DNA from: an uncultured bacterium
GTDB lineage: Bacteria > Chlamydiota > Chlamydiia > Chlamydiales > SM23-39
Assembly (NCBI GenBank): GCA_964441355.1
Contig: CAYTXY010000002.1
Coordinates: forward strand, 1-33,612
Length of the DNA stretch: 33,612 nt
Direction: 5' to 3'
Shown: positions 25,733-33,612 of the stretch, piece by piece
Layout: each line of letters starts with the position of its first letter
How positions within the stretch are numbered: the stretch's first letter is position 1
Program-made: the position numbers and the translations under genes
Notes under the pieces: generated by a model
What the model was told of the DNA's origin: nothing
The model's input: the letters and a program-made list of their open reading frames with translations, nothing else
Databases searched by the model: none

Positions 25733-26825
25733 ATGCAGTTTGAAACTCAGGAAAAACTGAAATCGATCGATGAGCGCTTGAGCGCGATGTGGAGGTATCT
25801 TTGACCTGGCGGTCAAAGAAGAAGAAGTCCGCAGGTTAGACGAGAAAATGGCGTCTCCCGACTTTTGGGACGATGGCGACGCCGCAAAAAAAATCATTGA
25901 AGACAGCAATCGCTTAAAGCTCTGGACCGTTCCTTATAACGAGTTGAAGAGCCGGTTTCAAGATGTCAAGGATCTCTTGCCGGAAGCGGAATCGCTCGGA
26001 GATTCCGACCTTGTCAAAGAGCTCTTGGAGAATTTGCTTGACATAGAGAAGAGGCTCGGCGATCTGGAGATTCGAAAAATGCTCTCCGGAGAACTGGACA
26101 ACAGGGACTGTTACCTTGAGGTCAACGCAGGCGCCGGCGGGACTGAGTCTTGCGATTGGGCCGCGATGCTTTCCCGGATGTATCAGAGGTACGCTTCCCG
26201 AAAAGGGTGGAAGGTCGATGTGGTCGACCGCCTTGAGGGGGAGGTGGCTGGGATCAAGAGCATGACTTTTCGGTTCACAGGCCCTTTTGCCTACGGCTAT
26301 TGCAAATCGGAGAAGGGGGTCCACCGGCTTGTCCGGATTTCTCCTTTCGATGCCAACGCGAAGCGCCATACCAGTTTCGCCTCCGTCGACGTGACCCCGA
26401 TCATCGAGGACATCCAGATCGAGGTTCGCCCCGAAGAGATCAAGGTAGACACTTTCCGCGCCTCTGGAGCAGGGGGCCAGCACGTCAATAAGACCGATTC
26501 CGCGGTCCGGATGACCCATATCCCGACAGGGCTTGTCGTCTCCTGCCAGAGCGAAAGGAGCCAGGTGCAAAACCGAGAGACTTGCTTAAAAATGCTCAAG
26601 TCCAAACTCTACGAAAAAGAGGTGCTGGAAAGGCAGGAGAAAATGTCCAGCCTCGGCGGGGAGAAAAAAGAGATCGCCTGGGGAAGCCAGATTCGCAATT
26701 ATGTGTTTCAGCCCTACACTCTCGTCAAAGATACCCGGACAAAAGTGGAGATCGGAAATGTCCAATCGGTTATGGATGGAGAAATCGACGAATTCGTCAA
26801 CGCTTATCTCAAGGAATTTGGATGA
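25733..26825 (+). CDS. prfB: Peptide chain release factor 2, translated via a programmed +1 frameshift (25733-25801 joined to 25803-26825)
   Basis: AGGAGG RBS at 25721-25726 and ATG at 25733. Frame 0 ends at ...TGG AGG TAT CTT TGA C. The +1 frame continues DLAVKEEEVRRLDEKMASPDFW.... The RF2-specific SPF motif (RISPFD) and the GGQ motif (SGAGGQHVNK) are present. Confidence 0.95.
25790..25805 (+). promoter_or_regulatory. prfB: prfB +1 frameshift site (internal SD-like GGAGG, slippery CTT, in-frame TGA followed by C)
   Basis: The sequence is tGGAGGtatCTTTGAc, with CTT at 25799-25801 and TGA at 25802-25804. It matches the classical autoregulatory RF2 recoding signal. Confidence 0.9.
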
Positions 26826-27319
26826 CCCTGCTTGCAGATTTCGATATCCGGTTCTCTGAACCGGGCGACCTTGCTTTTCTGGAGAAGTGCTTTTCGGCAG
26901 GCGGCGCCTCTGACGATTTTCCTTTTGGGCCCGCTGAAATGGAAGAGGCCCTAAAAAATTGGATCGGTTTTTCGAAGTACAATGCAAGCTTGACGGGAAC
27001 TTTGCAAAATATCCCTTGCGCCCTCGGCACCCTCTTCCTCATGCCTTATAAAAAAGTGGCGCACCACTGTTCCTTCTATATCATCGTCGATCCTGAGCAT
27101 AGGCGCAAAGGGATTGGCACCGACCTGATCCGCAACCTCCTCCATCTCGCAAAGACCCGTTTCCGATTAGAGAGCGTCCATGCGGAGCTCTTTGAGCCAA
27201 GTCTGCTCACCCCCCTTTTGCAGAAACTCAACTTTATCGAATTTGCGCGGCAAGAGAATTACGTCCACATTGACGGGTGCAAAAGGCCCCGCGTATTGAT
27301 GGAGCATTTTTTTTCATGA
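26822..27319 (+). CDS. GNAT family N-acetyltransferase
   Basis: IIVDPEHRRKGIGTDLIRNLLHLAK is the acetyl-CoA-binding R/Q-x-x-G-x-G/A motif. The ATG overlaps the prfB TGA (ATGA). The tracked ORF from 26582 is an out-of-context 5' extension. Confidence 0.85.
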   Translation: MTLLADFDIRFSEPGDLAFLEKCFSAGGASDDFPFGPAEMEEALKNWIGFSKYNASLTGTLQNIPCALGTLFLMPYKKVAHHCSFYIIVDPEHRRKGIGTDLIRNLLHLAKTRFRLESVHAELFEPSLLTPLLQKLNFIEFARQENYVHIDGCKRPRVLMEHFFS

Positions 27320-27810
27320 GCGAAGGTTCTTTGACGATTCGTTTAGCTGTTGACTCCGACCAAAAATACCTCGTTGATTGGCTATTGCAGCCAGGGGTGC
27401 TCGAATGGTTTCCTCTCGCCGATTTACGAGAGGTCGAAGACGCCGCCCGCATCTGGGTCGGCTACAACAAATACGGCGCCGTCCTCACGGCCCTATGGGA
27501 CTCGGTGCCGTGCGGGATCGCAAACCTCTATTTGCAGCCTTACAAAAAACTGGCCCACCAGTGTCTCTTCGCGGTCATCGTCGATGAAAAATTCCGAGGG
27601 AAAGGAATCGGGACAAAACTTCTCAGAGAACTCATGACATTGGCTAAAGAACGTTTTCATATCGAGCTCCTCCATCTGGAGGTCTACGCGGGCAATCCGG
27701 CAATCCGCCTTTATGAGAGGTTTGGGTTCGAGGTGTATGGAAAGCAGCGCCATTTCGTGAAAGAGAACGGCAAATACCTAGACAAAATCCTAATGCAGAA
27801 AAATTTATGA
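27316..27810 (+). CDS. GNAT family N-acetyltransferase (tandem paralog)
   Basis: VIVDEKFRGKGIGTKLLRELMTLAK...YERFGFEV. Collinear with the upstream GNAT (LQPYKKLAHQC vs LMPYKKVAHHC). ATGA overlap at 27316-27319. Confidence 0.85.
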   Translation: MSEGSLTIRLAVDSDQKYLVDWLLQPGVLEWFPLADLREVEDAARIWVGYNKYGAVLTALWDSVPCGIANLYLQPYKKLAHQCLFAVIVDEKFRGKGIGTKLLRELMTLAKERFHIELLHLEVYAGNPAIRLYERFGFEVYGKQRHFVKENGKYLDKILMQKNL

Positions 27811-28490
27811 TCTTATCTTTCGAAGAGATCGCATCGATCAAATTAGCTGCGCTCTGTCCAGTGCCCCTCAATCTGGCCTGGCATGAGAACCGGACCTCCT
27901 TTTTTTCTTGCCGCAAAGAGCGTCAAAGCGTCCATCTCCGCCTTCACCGCCTCTTTGCCAAAGCCCCTAGCCCCGTTCTCGAAGCGGTCATCGGTTATGC
28001 CGTGAAGGGAGACCGGCAAGCGGGAAAGATCGTGCGGCAAATGGCGCATCTCTATTTTTCCAAGGTGCGGACAGAGCCCGACGCCCTCATAGCAAAGGGG
28101 CGGGTCTACGATCTCCATGAAATCCAGAGGTCGGTCGGCAAGCGCTATTTTCCGAACCTTGACGTCGCGATCGGTTGGTCGACGCATCGTCGTGTCGGGG
28201 CATTCAAGTGCATGACATTCGGCAGCTACGATCGCCACCGCAATCAGATCCGGATCAATCCGCTCCTCGACGATGCAGCTGTCCCGCGTTACTTCGTCGA
28301 GTTCATCGTCTACCATGAGATGCTCCACGCCGCAGTTCCGGCCCGCATCGACGCGAAAGGGGCGGTCCATAGCCATACGCCTGAATTCCGGAAAAGGGAG
28401 AAGGAGTTCGCCGAGTTCGGCCTTGCAAAAGAATGGGAAAAGAAGAGTCTCGAATTTTTTAAGAGGAAAAAACACCATGGCAGGTCATAG
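27807..28490 (+). CDS. SprT-like / DUF45-like zinc metallopeptidase-domain protein (HExxH)
   Basis: FIVYHEMLHAAVP...HSHTPEFRKREKEF, i.e. HExxH followed by an H.H..F segment. ATGA overlap with the upstream GNAT. Confidence 0.65.
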   Translation: MILSFEEIASIKLAALCPVPLNLAWHENRTSFFSCRKERQSVHLRLHRLFAKAPSPVLEAVIGYAVKGDRQAGKIVRQMAHLYFSKVRTEPDALIAKGRVYDLHEIQRSVGKRYFPNLDVAIGWSTHRRVGAFKCMTFGSYDRHRNQIRINPLLDDAAVPRYFVEFIVYHEMLHAAVPARIDAKGAVHSHTPEFRKREKEFAEFGLAKEWEKKSLEFFKRKKHHGRS

Positions 28491-29193
28491 CAAATGGGCC
28501 AATATCAAACACAGAAAGGAGCGATCCGATAAGAAGAAGGGGAAGATTTTCAGCCGGATTATGAAAGAGATCATCTCCGCTGTGAAGCAAGGAGGGCCCG
28601 ACCCGAAGTCCAACAGCAAGCTGCGCACCGCGATCCAAAAAGCCAAGGACGCCAATCTTCCCAATGACAATGTGGAAAGGAACATCAAGAAAGCCGCCTC
28701 TTCCGACACCCAAGACTATACCGAGATGACCTATGAGCTCTACGGATATGGGGGCGTTGGGCTTATCGTCGATATCATGACGGATAATAAAAACCGGATC
28801 TCTTCCGATATCCGGATCGCGACCAATAAATGCGGCGGGACGGTGGCGACGCCGGGCGCCGTTTCGTACAATTTCGAAAGGAAAGGAGTGCTCCGGGTCT
28901 CGAAATCATCCATCGAGGAGGATCCCCTTTTTCTTCTGGCCAGCGAAAGCGGGGCGGAAGATATGGCCGCCGAAGACGATGCTTATGTCGTGACCACCCC
29001 GGTCGCAAGTCTTGCCCCAGTCAAAGAGGCAATCGAGAAGGCAGGCGGCAAGTGCGAGGAAGCGGAGCTTGCGATGATCCCCAAATCTTGGGTCGAGGTG
29101 TCCGACACGGACGCCGATTCGAACATCGCCCTCATCGAATGGCTCGAGAACCTCGACGATGTCGACGCAGTCTACCATAATATGAAAGTATAG
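28477..29193 (+). CDS. yebC: YebC/PmpR family DNA-binding transcriptional regulator
   Basis: Canonical N-terminus MAGHSKWANIKHRK. AAGAGGA RBS 10 nt upstream. 238 aa. It overlaps the upstream gene by 14 nt. Confidence 0.92.
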   Translation: MAGHSKWANIKHRKERSDKKKGKIFSRIMKEIISAVKQGGPDPKSNSKLRTAIQKAKDANLPNDNVERNIKKAASSDTQDYTEMTYELYGYGGVGLIVDIMTDNKNRISSDIRIATNKCGGTVATPGAVSYNFERKGVLRVSKSSIEEDPLFLLASESGAEDMAAEDDAYVVTTPVASLAPVKEAIEKAGGKCEEAELAMIPKSWVEVSDTDADSNIALIEWLENLDDVDAVYHNMKV

Positions 29194-29257
29194 CGGTATA
29201 ATTTAAATATTTTTTATTTTCTTTATTATTCAGTTTGTGTTATACTTATTCGTAATT

Positions 29258-30757
29258 ATGGTTACGAAAATCACTGCGACATATTCAACGCCTATTTGGG
29301 ATAAGAAGGCTAAACCCCTCTCGCTCTACGAGAAGGTCTCTGCTGCTTTCACGGCCCCGTTCCGCAGCGCAGCCGGAGCGCTGAGCGCTTACCTCTGGAC
29401 CCCGCAGACGAAATCGCCCTTCGATTCGATTTTGCAGCAGGCCCCTCCTTTTAAGGGCTACAAAATCGGTGAAGGAACCCCTTATCCCGATACTTCGCTG
29501 TTGTCTCTCTCGATCCGCCCCGCCAACCTATTCTATCAGGCGCTTCTCGGACCGGGCGCAGTCACCAAACCCGGGAGCGGCAAGTTGTTCGCCTTCCGAC
29601 GGCCCTTTCGCGAGATTCGAAGGCAAATCAATGAGGCAGACCCCAATTCGGTGGTCTCATTTACCGCAAAAGGCATCCCGGCAAAGATCCACTCGCATGC
29701 TCGGGCTGTGACTGACGTTCCCGACTTAGCGACCCTTCATGGCGATGCGGTGTATCGCATCTCTTACGGAGAGCTAGCATCAACCCTGGCCAGCCAAAAA
29801 ATCTTCGTCGCTCCCACCCTGCCCCTTCCCTTTTACCAAGCTCTCAAGGAGGCCCTTTTGCAAGACGGCATCGTCACTCTTCCGGTAGACAGGGGACACC
29901 CGGTCAAGCTCTCGGCCGTCAAATCGCGATTCGCCAGAGTGCTCGTCAAAGATGCGGCGAAAAACTTCCAAAAATACGGATTTCAAACAAAACAGGATTG
30001 TTTAGATCTCCTCGACCTGACCTTCTATCAATTAGGGGCTCTTGTCGTCAAAAGGGAGGATTTTCGGATTTTTATCGACGGCAACGGAAAGATTTTAGAA
30101 AGAAATCCTGGAGACCCCGACGCGATCCGGCTCATCAACGCGTGCGGAATCCGGGGGATCCAATCCACTCCTCAGACAAAGATCTCGAACCGGACGATCA
30201 TGAAAGAGACGTTTCAAACGGCCTTGACCGCGGCTGAAAGCGGCCTTGCTATTTTCCCCGCTGTCGGAATGGGAGTTTGGCAGGGGGATCCAGATTTATA
30301 TTGGAGGGCTTTTTTAGACGCCGTCAGCGGGATGCCGCCTGAACTCGAGCAGATTTTCGTCAATCCGGGCCACCAGCCGACCCCTTACTGGCGTTATCAG
30401 GGCTGCAAGGGAGAAGAATTCCAGTCGATTTTGGCTGAATACCGAAAGCGCTATGCCAAAGATCCAAAGGCGCTTGCCAACTTAAACAAAATCATCAATC
30501 TGTTTGAAAAGAAAACGGATGTCGTCCAATTTGCAAGGCTTTTGAAAAAGGCCTATCCGGATAAAATCGTCTCTCTTTTCAACGCATCGGATCCCGACGT
30601 GACCCTTGGCAACCACGTAGGGGAGTATGTCAATCATCTAGGCGACTGTACTACCACAGAAGAAAATGACACGGCTCTAGGGACAAACGGCCTTTGCTTC
30701 GAAGGCATCACAGGCGTCCACAATGATCCAACGCGTGTAGTTCGGGCTAGAATCTGA
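29258..30757 (+). CDS. Hypothetical protein (499 aa)
   Basis: Long ORF with the first ATG at 29258 (MVTKITATYS); the tracked ORF begins at GTG 29237. Weak macro/PARG-like strings: AVGMGVWQGDP and LFNASDPD...TTEEN. Confidence 0.65.
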   Translation: MVTKITATYSTPIWDKKAKPLSLYEKVSAAFTAPFRSAAGALSAYLWTPQTKSPFDSILQQAPPFKGYKIGEGTPYPDTSLLSLSIRPANLFYQALLGPGAVTKPGSGKLFAFRRPFREIRRQINEADPNSVVSFTAKGIPAKIHSHARAVTDVPDLATLHGDAVYRISYGELASTLASQKIFVAPTLPLPFYQALKEALLQDGIVTLPVDRGHPVKLSAVKSRFARVLVKDAAKNFQKYGFQTKQDCLDLLDLTFYQLGALVVKREDFRIFIDGNGKILERNPGDPDAIRLINACGIRGIQSTPQTKISNRTIMKETFQTALTAAESGLAIFPAVGMGVWQGDPDLYWRAFLDAVSGMPPELEQIFVNPGHQPTPYWRYQGCKGEEFQSILAEYRKRYAKDPKALANLNKIINLFEKKTDVVQFARLLKKAYPDKIVSLFNASDPDVTLGNHVGEYVNHLGDCTTTEENDTALGTNGLCFEGITGVHNDPTRVVRARI

Positions 30758-31544
30758 CGTCGAGATTTACGTCGATGGCGTTTTGATTGAACATCCGCGA
30801 TTCGACCGATAGGGTCGCTTTGGAGCCACTGAGAAGCGTGGCGCCGAGCGCCATGCCCCACCTGCGATTCGCAACGAAGGACTTACATTCCGCATCCACT
30901 AAGATACTCGTATCTAAAGGCCACCGGACAAGAGCAATCATCGGATCGGGATCGATTTTTGTGATCAGATAGGTCGCGTAAAGGTAAGGGGCGATCAGTG
31001 TATAGCGATAACACATCCCGAGCGAGAATTGCGTTTCGTTATATTTGAATTTAAAATCGTCCACTACATTGAAAGGGAGCCCGTCGGCCAGAAAATAGCG
31101 CGGCCTTTGGTTGGCCACAAAGTATTTGATATCGAGTCCGAAGTAAAGGTTTCTTGCCTCGAAGAGGACGAGTTTGCCGCCGAAACCCCATGAGAATTGC
31201 ATGGTGGAAAAAATTTCATGGTTGAGCTGTAGGCTGGACGCTCCGAAAATGCCATAGAGATCGATCCGGTCCTCGAAATTGAGCGTGGCCATCCCTGCTT
31301 TGGTGGAAAGCGTCGCATAGTTCTTCGAGCTTTGAATTCCATCTATTTTGAATTCGTCTCGGAATCTCTGATGGTACACAAAGTCCTCCAAGAATGCGAC
31401 TCGGAGAGAGGCCCAAGAGTCTGGGGAAGTGAAGAGGCCCGCTTTATCTAAAGCTGGCTCTGCTGGATTTCCTATGAGCATCGCCCCAAGCAGACTTGGA
31501 AAAAAGAGAGCCATATACGCAATGAAGCGCTGCGCCGGAGCCAT
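30747..31544 (-). CDS. MOMP-like chlamydial outer-membrane beta-barrel porin family protein (265 aa)
   Basis: The signal peptide is followed by LIGNPAEPAL (compare LPVGNPAEPSL of mature chlamydial MOMP). Alternating beta-strand pattern and C-terminal ...VNLDVRF. AAGGAGG lies just upstream of the ATG. Confidence 0.7.
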   Translation of the reverse strand: MAPAQRFIAYMALFFPSLLGAMLIGNPAEPALDKAGLFTSPDSWASLRVAFLEDFVYHQRFRDEFKIDGIQSSKNYATLSTKAGMATLNFEDRIDLYGIFGASSLQLNHEIFSTMQFSWGFGGKLVLFEARNLYFGLDIKYFVANQRPRYFLADGLPFNVVDDFKFKYNETQFSLGMCYRYTLIAPYLYATYLITKIDPDPMIALVRWPLDTSILVDAECKSFVANRRWGMALGATLLSGSKATLSVESRMFNQNAIDVNLDVRF

Positions 31545-31637
31545 TTCCTCCTTATAGCAATGTTCTCAAATGGCCGACAACACGAAAAAAAAATATTGCG
31601 AAAAAATTTTCCCGACACCTATGGATCAAAATAGATT

Positions 31638-31862
31638 ATGAGTCTGAAAGAGTCGGTGCAGCAGCTTGATCATCTCCTCGCCAACGTGGCCAAAGATTTG
31701 ATCAAGGTCACCCGCGGCAATAAGGCTGCGGCCCAGCGCGTTCGCGTCTGCACGATCAAATTGGAAAGGGTCGCAAAAGTGTTTCGAAGAGAATCGGTCG
31801 CGGCCGAAAAAAGCGGAAAGCTCAAGAAACCCAAACCGAAACTCAAGAAAAAGCAGCGTTAA
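31638..31862 (+). CDS. hctA: Histone H1-like nucleoid protein Hc1
   Basis: The core RGNKAAAQRVRVCTIKLERVAKVFRRES is followed by the lysine-rich tail KSGKLKKPKPKLKKKQR. It closely resembles chlamydial Hc1. Confidence 0.9.
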   Translation: MSLKESVQQLDHLLANVAKDLIKVTRGNKAAAQRVRVCTIKLERVAKVFRRESVAAEKSGKLKKPKPKLKKKQR

Positions 31863-31877
31863 TGTATTCTCTTTGGC

Positions 31878-33245
31878 ATGCAAAAGCCAAAAGAGACTTT
31901 AGAGATCTCCATTCAAAAATTTTCGAAAAAAGGCTACGGCGTCGCCCTCCTTGGGGCTAAGGAAATCGAGGTCGCCCACTCTGTTCCGGGCGATACCATT
32001 CGGGTCGAGTGGAGGAAAAAAAGGTATAGGATACAGAAGGGGCGCCTCTTGGAAGTCGTGGCCCCTTCCCCGGATCGGGAGCCCGCCCGCTGCGTCCATG
32101 CAACGGTTTGCGGAGGCTGCACTTGGCAGCAGCTCAACTATAGCGCTCAGCTCAAAGAGAAGATGCGCCGCGTCGGGCTGGCGTTCGACGGAAAGTATCC
32201 TGTCGATCCGATCCTTCCCTGCGAGAGTCCATTCGGCTACAGGAACAAAATGGAGTTCACCTTCTCCCAAAATGGGGCGGGCGATCGCTTCCTGGGTTTG
32301 GGGATAGCCCAAGCCTCGCCCTACGTATTCAATGTGACCGAATGCCATCTTTGCCCACCCTGGTTTGCCGCCGCGGCCTCCTCAATCCGCAAGTGGTGGG
32401 AAGAGAGCTCTCTTTCGGCCTATTATCCTCCCAAAGACACAGGAACCCTCCGTTATTTAACGCTTCGTCAAGCAGTGCGCACAGGCCAAAAAATGGCAAT
32501 CCTCAACGTCTCTGGACATCCCGACTTCGCCCCGTCTCGAGACGATCTCGAAGGGTTTGCCGAGTCGATTCTGGCGCTTGCGCCCGAAGCTGCGATTTTC
32601 TTGCGCATCCACCAGGCAAGGCTTGGACATAAAACACGGTTTTTTGAAATGCACCTCGGCGGGCCTGACCATATCGTCGAAGAGCTTCATCTAAATCTTG
32701 GCGTCCTCCGTTTCAAAATCAGTCCGAGTTCCTTCTTTCAGCCCAATACGTTCCAGGCGGAAAAGTTGTACGATGCGGCGCTCTCGCTCCTCGGCAGCCC
32801 ATCGGTTGTCTACGACCTTTATTGCGGAGGAGGAGCCTTGGGGATGGCCGCAGCCAAGAGCGCAAAGCAAGTGGTCGGAATCGAGCTGAGCCCGGAAGCT
32901 GTCCTCGACGCTAATGAAAATCTTAAGGTCAATGGGATCGGGAATATGGTCGTCCATCAGGGGGATGTTGGCCAAACGATCGCGCACTTGAGGGAGGCTC
33001 CGGGCTCGCTAAGCCCTGATGCGGTCCTGGTCGATCCGCCGCGCGCCGGACTCGACGCTCAGGCGATTCATCATCTAAAAAATTTACTGCCCAAAACGAT
33101 CGTCTATATCTCTTGCAACCCGGCGACCCAAGCCGCCAACATCGAAGAACTCGTCCAGGCGGGATATCGGGTCCAAAGACTACAGCCCGTCGATCAATTC
33201 CCTCATACTCCCCATATAGAAAATATTGCATTGCTTGAAAAATAA
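31878..33245 (+). CDS. rlmD: 23S rRNA (uracil-C5)-methyltransferase, RlmD/RumA family
   Basis: TRAM-like N-terminus, Fe-S cysteines CVHATVCGGCTWQQL...C, the SAM motif DLYCGGGALG and the catalytic YISCNPAT. Confidence 0.85.
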   Translation: MQKPKETLEISIQKFSKKGYGVALLGAKEIEVAHSVPGDTIRVEWRKKRYRIQKGRLLEVVAPSPDREPARCVHATVCGGCTWQQLNYSAQLKEKMRRVGLAFDGKYPVDPILPCESPFGYRNKMEFTFSQNGAGDRFLGLGIAQASPYVFNVTECHLCPPWFAAAASSIRKWWEESSLSAYYPPKDTGTLRYLTLRQAVRTGQKMAILNVSGHPDFAPSRDDLEGFAESILALAPEAAIFLRIHQARLGHKTRFFEMHLGGPDHIVEELHLNLGVLRFKISPSSFFQPNTFQAEKLYDAALSLLGSPSVVYDLYCGGGALGMAAAKSAKQVVGIELSPEAVLDANENLKVNGIGNMVVHQGDVGQTIAHLREAPGSLSPDAVLVDPPRAGLDAQAIHHLKNLLPKTIVYISCNPATQAANIEELVQAGYRVQRLQPVDQFPHTPHIENIALLEK

Positions 33246-33291
33246 GCGGTTTTTCGCCATATTCGTGCAGAAGTAAAAAAGAAGGATTTCT

Positions 33292-33612
33292 ATGAAAACA
33301 TCTATGCTTTTTCTTTTACCTTTCGCTGGGCTATTTGCCCAAGATGCTGCGCCGAGCCCTCAAAGCGGGATTACCTCTACGCTGATCATGATCGGAATCG
33401 CGCTCGTGTTTTTCTATTTCATCCTCTGGCGCCCAGAACAAAAACGGCGCAAGGCGGCTGAACAAATGCGCTCTTCCCTGAAGAAAGGCGATAAAGTCAC
33501 TGCCATGGGAATCGTCGGGAAAGTGGACCGGATTCTGGACCAGACAGTCGTTCTGAAGATGGTCGATGGCGCCAAGATCGAAGTGCTGAAAGCAGCGATC
33601 ACCGATGTGCAG
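33292..33612 (+). CDS. yajC: Preprotein translocase subunit YajC (3' end runs to the window edge)
   Basis: ATG at 33292. ...LIMIGIALVFFYFILWRPEQKRRK...GDKVTAMGIVGKV is the YajC signature. The frame is open to 33612. Confidence 0.85.
   Translation, partial: MKTSMLFLLPFAGLFAQDAAPSPQSGITSTLIMIGIALVFFYFILWRPEQKRRKAAEQMRSSLKKGDKVTAMGIVGKVDRILDQTVVLKMVDGAKIEVLKAAITDVQ

Noticed and set aside
25914-26570. A 218-aa ORF antisense to prfB, and similar long antisense ORFs at 27843-28478, 841-1434, 10034-10621, 4740-5234, 5369-5836 and 31899-32348
   Set aside because: Each lies entirely opposite a gene with clear family motifs. Their translations are low-complexity or motif-free and they lack start context, so they are shadow ORFs.
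26582-26821. 5' extensions of tracked ORFs (26582 for the first GNAT, 28273 for yebC, 2285, 3831, 17140, 12574, 15683, 21856, 29237)
   Set aside because: The extensions overlap well-supported upstream genes in another frame or begin at non-ATG codons. Internal ATGs give canonical N-termini (for example MAGHSKWANIKHRK) or signal peptides, and short overlaps typical of coupled genes.
29194-29257. A TATAAT at 29198-29203 as a promoter for the 499-aa gene
   Set aside because: No acceptable -35 element lies at 16-19 nt spacing, and the region is generally AT-rich, so the match is not distinctive.
1-33612. CRISPR arrays, IS elements, integrases, prophage genes, rRNA and tRNA genes
   Set aside because: Scanning found no regularly spaced repeats with spacers, no transposase- or integrase-like ORFs, no terminal inverted repeats around the island and no tRNA or rRNA-like sequence. 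The island borders within the window show no obvious att-like repeats.

Overview
The window looks like chromosomal DNA from an environmental member of the Chlamydiae. This rests on a histone-H1-like Hc1 gene (hctA), a MOMP-like porin with the GNPAEP motif and the overall gene context. All family calls come from reading motifs in the ORF translations; no database search was possible.

Left half (1-17140): a tightly packed glycan-modification island of about 17 kb with 18 genes in two convergent operon-like blocks. Many start and stop codons overlap (ATGA, TGATG or TAATG).
- It holds three GT25 paralogs, a GT92, a GT2-TPR fusion and two exostosin (GT47)-like proteins.
- It also holds a GT-A-like gene broken by an in-frame TAG, two paralogous glycan-processing-like proteins (one fused to TPR) and 6-8 class I SAM methyltransferase-like genes.
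- 16 of the 17 full-length products begin with a signal-peptide or signal-anchor-like hydrophobic segment. That is unexpected for nucleotide-sugar- and SAM-dependent enzymes.
- Two intergenic regions of the island share an inverted array of AACGAY boxes.

Next to the island (17380-20565): two tandem paralogous secreted repeat (beta-propeller-like) proteins with C-terminal FN3-like domains and many N-x-S/T sequons.

Right half: mostly housekeeping.
- hemH, a lipoprotein amino-acid-binding protein and hctA.
- prfB with its canonical +1 frameshift site, followed by overlapping genes for two tandem GNATs, an HExxH SprT-like protein and YebC.
- A MOMP-like porin, an RlmD-type methyltransferase and a partial yajC.

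Unusual items in the right half:
- An AT-rich 819-aa protein combining a ChaN/Tiki-like domain with two P-loop modules.
- A roughly 320-bp island of about 68% G+C with no credible ORF. It carries RNase P RNA-like motifs, including a P4-like helix with a bulged U, but in non-canonical order.
- A pair of hairpin repeats with compensatory base changes.

No rRNA, tRNA, CRISPR array, transposase or integrase was recognised.
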